From the NCBI GenBank assembly GCA_021604765.1, contig BQJP01000007.1, positions 26,691 through 90,690 on the forward strand: a DNA stretch of 64,000 bases, in the 5' to 3' direction. This DNA is from Thermodesulfobacteriota bacterium. GTDB lineage: Bacteria > Desulfobacterota_D > UBA1144 > Nemesobacterales > UBA2774. Under the pieces are notes generated by a model. That model was not told the origin of the DNA. It worked only from the letters and a program-made list of their open reading frames with translations, and did not search any database. Below are positions 58,832 through 64,000 of the stretch, piece after piece; the first letter of the stretch is position 1; each line of letters begins with the position of its first letter. The position numbers were made by a program, and so were the translations under genes.

Positions 58832-60361
58832 TTAATCGCTTGTTTGAGAATTATTCTTCCCACTATCTTCTTCTTTAAAAACGTCAAACGCTCTTTTGTT
58901 AATGCCTTTGGTGGCTTCATTCTTGTCAACATCCTCGGTAAGTGGCTCCTCTTCGATAGAAATTTGTTCATGTACTTCCCATCCCAAATTGGTAAATTCA
59001 AGAGTTGCTCGTTCTGATATTTCACCCACTATCCAGAGTTCCCTACCATCAGCCTCTACATCGCTGAAGACTTGGGTGTGAAAGGTTGCAGCTCCTGCAA
59101 CTTTCTCAGACCAGCATAAATAGTCTACTGGAATGATTGTTGCAATTTTATTATCTACGGTAAGTCCGGAGGTAATGTCTCCATGATTTATTATTTTTTT
59201 CAGAGGAGACTGGGTGTTATTGAACCAAACAAGTAAGAGCACAATGTTTGTAAAAAATTTCGATTCAGAAATAGATGAAGCTACAACAGCATCTTCTATC
59301 ACTTCTTCGCGGTTTGCTACATCCGGAATCTGCAACAATGAAAAAACAATTGTGGTTTGAAAAGTTGGGCTGTAATATGGAGAATCTAGAAATTCTTCTA
59401 TAAGCTCATCATCAATACCCATCTCTAATAAATTTTTCTTGTTAAAATCTCTTAACTCTTTAGGGTCTTTATCCCATACGTAATGATTTACATCTTTTAT
59501 ATACCCCATACCCGGCACTGAAGGTATATTGGCAAACCCAAGACCAAGCCGCCCTATTCTATCGTATTTCGCTACTCTGTTTAACTCTGCTGCAAGCTCA
59601 GGATTTGATGTGTATGGATCCACACCTACCTTTTTTGCCACACGCCGTTCTCCGCCACTTATGCCCAAATACCAATCTGTGAGATACGCAACATTTCCAG
59701 TTAGATCTGAAAAAGTTTCTCCTCCCTCACCATTTTCATCTCCCGATCCTACAACAGCTCCACCAACACTTTGTGCAGTCTGTCCCGTCACAATGACAAC
59801 CTTTTCACCGGAGTAATATATTTTCTTAAAAAATGTAACAATCCCTCCCGGAACACCTTTAGCAGTTTCTATTGGTTGAGAAGCAATATTTATTGCTGAC
59901 CTAAATGGGTTAATTACAGTGTCGGCAGCTCCAGATGCAAGGGCCTGCCCCCCAGAGATGTCCTGCAATTTTGCTGTTGCGTTAATTTCATTAACACGAG
60001 TTTCTAACATTCTGGTATTATGAGCTTCATATTCACCAAAATCTGATTTTATAGTATAGGAATTCCAGATACAGTCGTTTGTAACTTCATCAGCTACTTC
60101 GTGATGCTCGCCTTTAAGAATTTCTGGTTCCAGTATTTGGCTGGCTTTAAATACCGGATAGGGTTCATAATCTCCCGGAACTGAAGATTTTTCAGCTAAT
60201 GAAATTTCTTTCTGTTGTGCAGTGTTTTCAGAAGTTTTATCAGGTGATTGTGAGTTCTTGGAATCTATACTTTGTTTTTGAGCACAGGAAATTAATACAA
60301 ATAGAGCAATTAAAAGAATCGCTGGAACCCGCATCTTATATTTTATGCATAACAATTTCAT
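58832..60361 (-). CDS. Large hypothetical lipoprotein
   Basis: Signal with lipobox ..PAILLIALFVLISCAQ. 509 aa. No family recognised. Confidence 0.6.
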   Translation of the reverse strand: MKLLCIKYKMRVPAILLIALFVLISCAQKQSIDSKNSQSPDKTSENTAQQKEISLAEKSSVPGDYEPYPVFKASQILEPEILKGEHHEVADEVTNDCIWNSYTIKSDFGEYEAHNTRMLETRVNEINATAKLQDISGGQALASGAADTVINPFRSAINIASQPIETAKGVPGGIVTFFKKIYYSGEKVVIVTGQTAQSVGGAVVGSGDENGEGGETFSDLTGNVAYLTDWYLGISGGERRVAKKVGVDPYTSNPELAAELNRVAKYDRIGRLGLGFANIPSVPGMGYIKDVNHYVWDKDPKELRDFNKKNLLEMGIDDELIEEFLDSPYYSPTFQTTIVFSLLQIPDVANREEVIEDAVVASSISESKFFTNIVLLLVWFNNTQSPLKKIINHGDITSGLTVDNKIATIIPVDYLCWSEKVAGAATFHTQVFSDVEADGRELWIVGEISERATLEFTNLGWEVHEQISIEEEPLTEDVDKNEATKGINKRAFDVFKEEDSGKNNSQTSD

Positions 60362-60478
60362 ATATACCCCACCACATACCTATTATCAGAATAGTATAGA
60401 ATCAATGTGGTAGTCAAGGCTAGTTAAAATTGAGAATTCTAGTACTGAAGAATAACATCCTTCGATGAGTGACTAAAC

Positions 60479-60503
60479 AAAAAAGGGAGCCGAAGCTCCC
60501 TTT
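60479..60503 (-). terminator. Rho-independent terminator downstream of CDS 60533..61723
   Basis: The minus-strand RNA reads GGGAGC-UUCG-GCUCCC followed by UUUUUU (stem at 60485-60490 and 60495-60500, A-run at 60479-84 on the + strand). Confidence 0.8.
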
Positions 60504-60532
60504 GTGAATTTAAATTGTAGCGTTGTTAGACT

Positions 60533-61723
60533 TTAGGCAGTTACTTTTCTTCTTCTCATAACTATGAATCCTACTATTCCCAAAAGACCAGCCATTGCAA
60601 TAAGACCCCATTGGGAGAGGGTCGGGACGTTTGCAGGTTCGATGCAAGCAGCCAGGTATATCTCTCCGTTCCCCTCAGGGTTCCCCCCGTTGATGTCTGC
60701 GGTGGAGCGAAAGGCAATACGCGTGCCGTCCCCATTTATTGACGGACCAGTACTATCACCCAACGTCTCATCCGTTATCTGAGTAGTAATCCCTGTTGTC
60801 GTATCGAAGAGGTATATCTCAATGTTTCCCTCTGGGTTCCCCTCGTTGATGTCTGCATCGGAGCGAAAGGCAATACGGTTGCCATCCCCATTTATTGACA
60901 AACCTCTACTATCACCCGCCGTCTCATCGGTTATCTGAGTGAATATCCCTGTTGTCGTATCGAAGAGGTATATCTCTCCGTTCCCCTCAGGGTTCCCGCT
61001 GTTTAGGTTTGCAGTGGACGGAAAGGCAATACGCGTGCCATCCGCGTTTATTGACGGTTCTCTACTAGCCCCCGCCATCTCATCCGTTATCTGTGAAATT
61101 ATCCCTGTTGTCGTATTGAAGAGGTATATCTCTTGATTTCCCTCAGGGTTCCCGCTGTTTAGGTTTGCAGTGGACTGAAAAGCAATACGCGCGCCGTCCG
61201 CGTTTATTGACGGGAACCTACTAACCCCCGCCATCTCATCGGTTATCTGAGTGAATATCCCTGTTGTCGTATCGAAGAGGTATATCTCAATGTTTCCCTC
61301 TGGGTTCCCCCCGTTGATGTCTGCATTGGACTCAAAGGCAATACGCGTGCCGTCCGCGTTTATTGACGGGAACCTACTATTCCCCGACGCCTCATCGGTT
61401 ATCTGAGTGAATATCCCTGTTGTCGTATCGAAGAGGTATATCTCTTGATTACCCTCAGGGTTCCCCCCGTTGATGTCTGCATTGGAGCGAAAGGCAATAC
61501 GCGTGCCGTCCGCGTTTATTGACGTTTCTCTACTATCCCCCGACGTCTCATCCGTTATCTGTTCTATAAATTGCGAAGGGCAGACTAATTGCTGCGCCTC
61601 TGCAGTATGATTGAGAATAAGAGATGATGAAAATAGCAACAGTGTTAAAGTCAAAAGGCCAAGAGCCTTTTTTGAATAGAGCAATACTTTTTTTGAAACC
61701 CTTGAGGTTATTGGTCTCATCAT
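60533..61723 (-). CDS. Secreted 6-blade PD40/TolB-like beta-propeller protein with an IPTL-CTERM-like sorting tail
   Basis: Signal peptide ..SKKALGLLTLTLLLFSSSLILNHTAEA. Six near-identical 52-aa repeats (ITDE..G.SR.PSINADGTRIAF.S.A.IN.GNPEGN.EIYLFDTTTGI.TQ). Tail VPTLSQWGLIAMAGLLGIVGFIVMRRRKVTA. Confidence 0.88.
   Translation of the reverse strand: MMRPITSRVSKKVLLYSKKALGLLTLTLLLFSSSLILNHTAEAQQLVCPSQFIEQITDETSGDSRETSINADGTRIAFRSNADINGGNPEGNQEIYLFDTTTGIFTQITDEASGNSRFPSINADGTRIAFESNADINGGNPEGNIEIYLFDTTTGIFTQITDEMAGVSRFPSINADGARIAFQSTANLNSGNPEGNQEIYLFNTTTGIISQITDEMAGASREPSINADGTRIAFPSTANLNSGNPEGNGEIYLFDTTTGIFTQITDETAGDSRGLSINGDGNRIAFRSDADINEGNPEGNIEIYLFDTTTGITTQITDETLGDSTGPSINGDGTRIAFRSTADINGGNPEGNGEIYLAACIEPANVPTLSQWGLIAMAGLLGIVGFIVMRRRKVTA
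60623..61558 (-). repeat. 156-bp coding tandem repeat, about 6 copies (propeller blades)
   Basis: The marker CCCTGTTGTCGTAT(C/T)GAAGAGGTATATCTC recurs at 60791, 60947, 61103, 61259 and 61415, spaced exactly 156 nt apart. Confidence 0.9.
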
Positions 61724-61820
61724 GTCCTCCCGCCATTAAAGACATATGATGAGCGTTAGTATACTATAGAGTTGAAAAAATGTATAGTTCTTTATATCCA
61801 CTATTTATTCAGGCTAAAGC

Positions 61821-61839
61821 CCATTAATACTATTAATGG
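61821..61839. promoter_or_regulatory. Operator-like palindrome in a divergent promoter region
   Basis: CCATTAAT-act-ATTAATGG, with 8-bp perfect arms, between the divergent genes 60533..61723 and 61908..62516. Confidence 0.25.
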
Positions 61840-61907
61840 ACTTTAACTAATTACTCACAATTGGTTAATTTTATCCTAACAATATTATTGTGTTATAACT
61901 GAGAGAA

Positions 61908-62516
61908 ATGGTTACACGAAGACTAAGCGCTTTCTACAAAACATTTAATGTAACAGTCTTATTCGCACTCATTGTAATAGTCACTAGTATAGTACTCCCT
62001 TTCATATACAGAGAAGAAATTGTTAATATTGGGAAAACATTACTACTAACCTACGGACAAGATAGAATAGATATTGTTCTCTACTTAATAACAACTGTTA
62101 GTAGTACACCTATTGCACTGCCGGTCTGGATATACGCAATTTTAGGATCTATGTTGGGCTTTGAACCTATCCGCCTAATAATTATTATGGGCTTAGGGTC
62201 CATGTCTGGCTCTACAATCACCTATTCTATTGCCAGATATTTTGGGAAATCAAAGTTCATTAAACGTAATTTCCCAAATATAGAAAACCATCCCTGGACT
62301 GAGGGACGCTCGTTTTGGGTGATAAGTCTGATTTTGTTTGCAGGAGCCGCTTCACCTATGCCGTTTGATATATTGTACGCGGCATGCGGTTTGAAACGTT
62401 ATCCAATACTCTTATTCGCACCTATAGTTTTTATAGCTTTTACTATCAAGTTTGCATATTTGTTTTATGGATATGATTTGATCCAATCCATTTCATTCAT
62501 AAATCTCAATCTATGA
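61908..62516 (+). CDS. VTT/DedA (SNARE-associated)-like membrane protein
   Basis: A 202-aa polytopic membrane protein. The central ..GFEPIRLIIIMGLGSMSGSTITYSIARYFG.. resembles the VTT-domain core. Confidence 0.4.
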   Translation: MVTRRLSAFYKTFNVTVLFALIVIVTSIVLPFIYREEIVNIGKTLLLTYGQDRIDIVLYLITTVSSTPIALPVWIYAILGSMLGFEPIRLIIIMGLGSMSGSTITYSIARYFGKSKFIKRNFPNIENHPWTEGRSFWVISLILFAGAASPMPFDILYAACGLKRYPILLFAPIVFIAFTIKFAYLFYGYDLIQSISFINLNL

Positions 62517-63200
62517 ATCAGACTTCCTCCTTAAAGCATTTGCAGTATATATAGCAACTAAACGTGCTACTAAAAATGCAATAAAAAGCTGGCCTACAAT
62601 AGCTTCAAGCACAGATACAATTCTCCCCGCAGGTGTGAGAGATGTTATATCCCCATAGCCTAAAGTAGTTAGTGTAGTGTAGCTGTAATAAATTATTTGG
62701 TTCGAATTGAGAGAATTAAGAACTTCAGCATTGTTGTTAACAAAGATAATTCCCGGCGAAATATATTCAAGGAAACCATAGATAGAAGCCCATAGAAGCC
62801 CCAACAGTAAGAACACGCAAACTGCCCCGTACAGAGTATCCGTAGATACTTCTTCGGAGTGCAAAATATGGTCTGTAATTGTTCCCGTTATAAAAAGAAA
62901 GAATAATACGCTTGCAAAAATAGTTTCAGGTGATTTAGTAAAGATCCATTCTGAGAGAAACCAGGGTAGCCCGAACAATATTAATATAATTACATTTCTT
63001 TTGTTTCTGCCAGCAGCGTATATCCCCAAAATAAATACTATAGTGCTTGCAGTATTGAGTACGAGATAGCCATATCTGTGTCCCTCCAAAACAGCAGAAA
63101 GAATGAGCAATATGATAATGGAGACCATGAAGTTAAACATTTTGTATCTTGTTGAACCTGCAACGAGCCTAAGAAAGCCGGGTTTATCCGTCTTGATCAT
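62511..63200 (-). CDS. Potassium channel protein (Ion_trans_2)
   Basis: The selectivity filter TTLTTLGYGDI is flanked by TM helices. 229 aa. Confidence 0.75.
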   Translation of the reverse strand: MIKTDKPGFLRLVAGSTRYKMFNFMVSIIILLILSAVLEGHRYGYLVLNTASTIVFILGIYAAGRNKRNVIILILFGLPWFLSEWIFTKSPETIFASVLFFLFITGTITDHILHSEEVSTDTLYGAVCVFLLLGLLWASIYGFLEYISPGIIFVNNNAEVLNSLNSNQIIYYSYTTLTTLGYGDITSLTPAGRIVSVLEAIVGQLFIAFLVARLVAIYTANALRRKSDS

Positions 63201-63380
63201 AATTCAGTCCTCCATAACTATCGATGAGACATAATACTATCTGTCAACTAGTTACTAGATTACACAAAACAATCATATTCTGTAAATTATGGATGAACCC
63301 AAAATCACACTGAGTTCTTGAATATATGAATTATCTCGGAATATAGTTTATTCGAGTTTTTCTAAAAATCTTTAGATAGT

Positions 63381-64000
63381 TTATGCGTCCGATAGCGTAC
63401 AGGTGGATGTATCTACAGATGCACCGCCATTAACATTAACCGCCATTCTGCCGCCGCTTATTGAACACTGATTTTGCGGATCTATATCTACTATTGAATT
63501 GCCGGAAGCATTTATACCAAATTGATTAACAGACTGTATAACAATTGTATTGTTTATAGGATTTGAAGTCTGTCCGACTCCTATAAAAGCATCATCAAGA
63601 GCTAAAATCGCATCTCGGTTGCCGGATATTTGTATCATCTCATCTGCCTCAAGAACAATAGAACCTGAAGACTGAGCGCGCACTCCCTCTCTGCAATTGA
63701 CTATGCTGATGCTCTTTACTCTGTAGGTAATAAGAGTGCTACCGCCCGCAAACATACAGTTTCCACCGTTACCATCCAGATTAAACTCGGCTTGGCTTTC
63801 GTTATAATCTATCGCTTGGCTGCCGGAAAGAGATATGGGGTCTTGAAACACCTGCCAACGGTCAATGATGATTAATGTCGGGTTTAGCTGAAGAGTAATA
63901 TTCAAATTGGTGGTACTTAGGTCGACCACTTGAATGTTTGGTCTTGTGGCGTTGAAAGTAGAGGACTCGAATTGCAAAGAAACCACACCGGTCGATGAAC
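63381..64000 (-). CDS. C-terminal part of a secreted hypothetical protein (N-terminus lies beyond the window)
   Basis: The frame is open from 63381 to the window edge, and the tracked GTG at 63986 is internal. The sequence is S/T/N/G-rich and beta-strand-like, possibly a beta-helix. Confidence 0.5.
   Translation of the reverse strand, partial: SSTGVVSLQFESSTFNATRPNIQVVDLSTTNLNITLQLNPTLIIIDRWQVFQDPISLSGSQAIDYNESQAEFNLDGNGGNCMFAGGSTLITYRVKSISIVNCREGVRAQSSGSIVLEADEMIQISGNRDAILALDDAFIGVGQTSNPINNTIVIQSVNQFGINASGNSIVDIDPQNQCSISGGRMAVNVNGGASVDTSTCTLSDA

Noticed and set aside
60623-61558. Regular repeats that could be mistaken for a CRISPR array.
   Set aside because: The period is 156 nt with no unique spacers. 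The repeats lie entirely inside one long ORF and encode propeller blades.

Overview
This is an AT-rich, very gene-dense chromosomal segment (about 55 CDS) from a diderm (Gram-negative-type) bacterium. I cannot assign a taxon from the sequence alone. By eye I found no rRNA, tRNA, CRISPR array, integrase, transposase or recognisable defence system. Housekeeping genes make up most of the window: rng, pcm, hisA-hisF, an HD-domain dGTPase, alaC, tamB, nuoG-nuoH, gyrB, dcd, pheS, secD-secF-yajC-tgt-dapB, yicC, sucD and an NAD-type isocitrate dehydrogenase. Futalosine-pathway genes are also present (mqnA, an mqnD-like gene and an aminofutalosine-deaminase-like amidohydrolase), as is a CofC/FbiD-like guanylyltransferase. 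The accessory content is concentrated in four places. (1) Three secreted proteins (100-1398, 2812-3588, 60533-61723) carry an IPTL-CTERM-like tail (VPTLSEWG, then a TM segment, then RRR). The tail, 3'UTR and terminator are conserved at the DNA level as a cassette. Two of these genes lie co-directionally next to a GAF-LuxR regulator and a YbbAP/AttEFGH-like ABC system. (2) Two tandem YVTN beta-propeller paralogs (10630-13531) share a different Cys-containing C-terminal tail that I cannot place in a named family. (3) A five-gene minus-strand cluster (25968-30316) encodes two RlpA paralogs, a DapF homolog with both catalytic Cys replaced by Ser, an amidohydrolase, and a GGCT-like/FGase-like fusion. 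(4) A tight plus-strand operon (53994-57758) encodes an orphan HyuB, a Memo-like protein with an N-terminal PqqD/RRE-like domain, and an M19 dipeptidase. I consider (4), (3) and the two C-terminal sorting-signal families the best candidates for undescribed biology. All functional interpretations rest on motif recognition, not on database searches.
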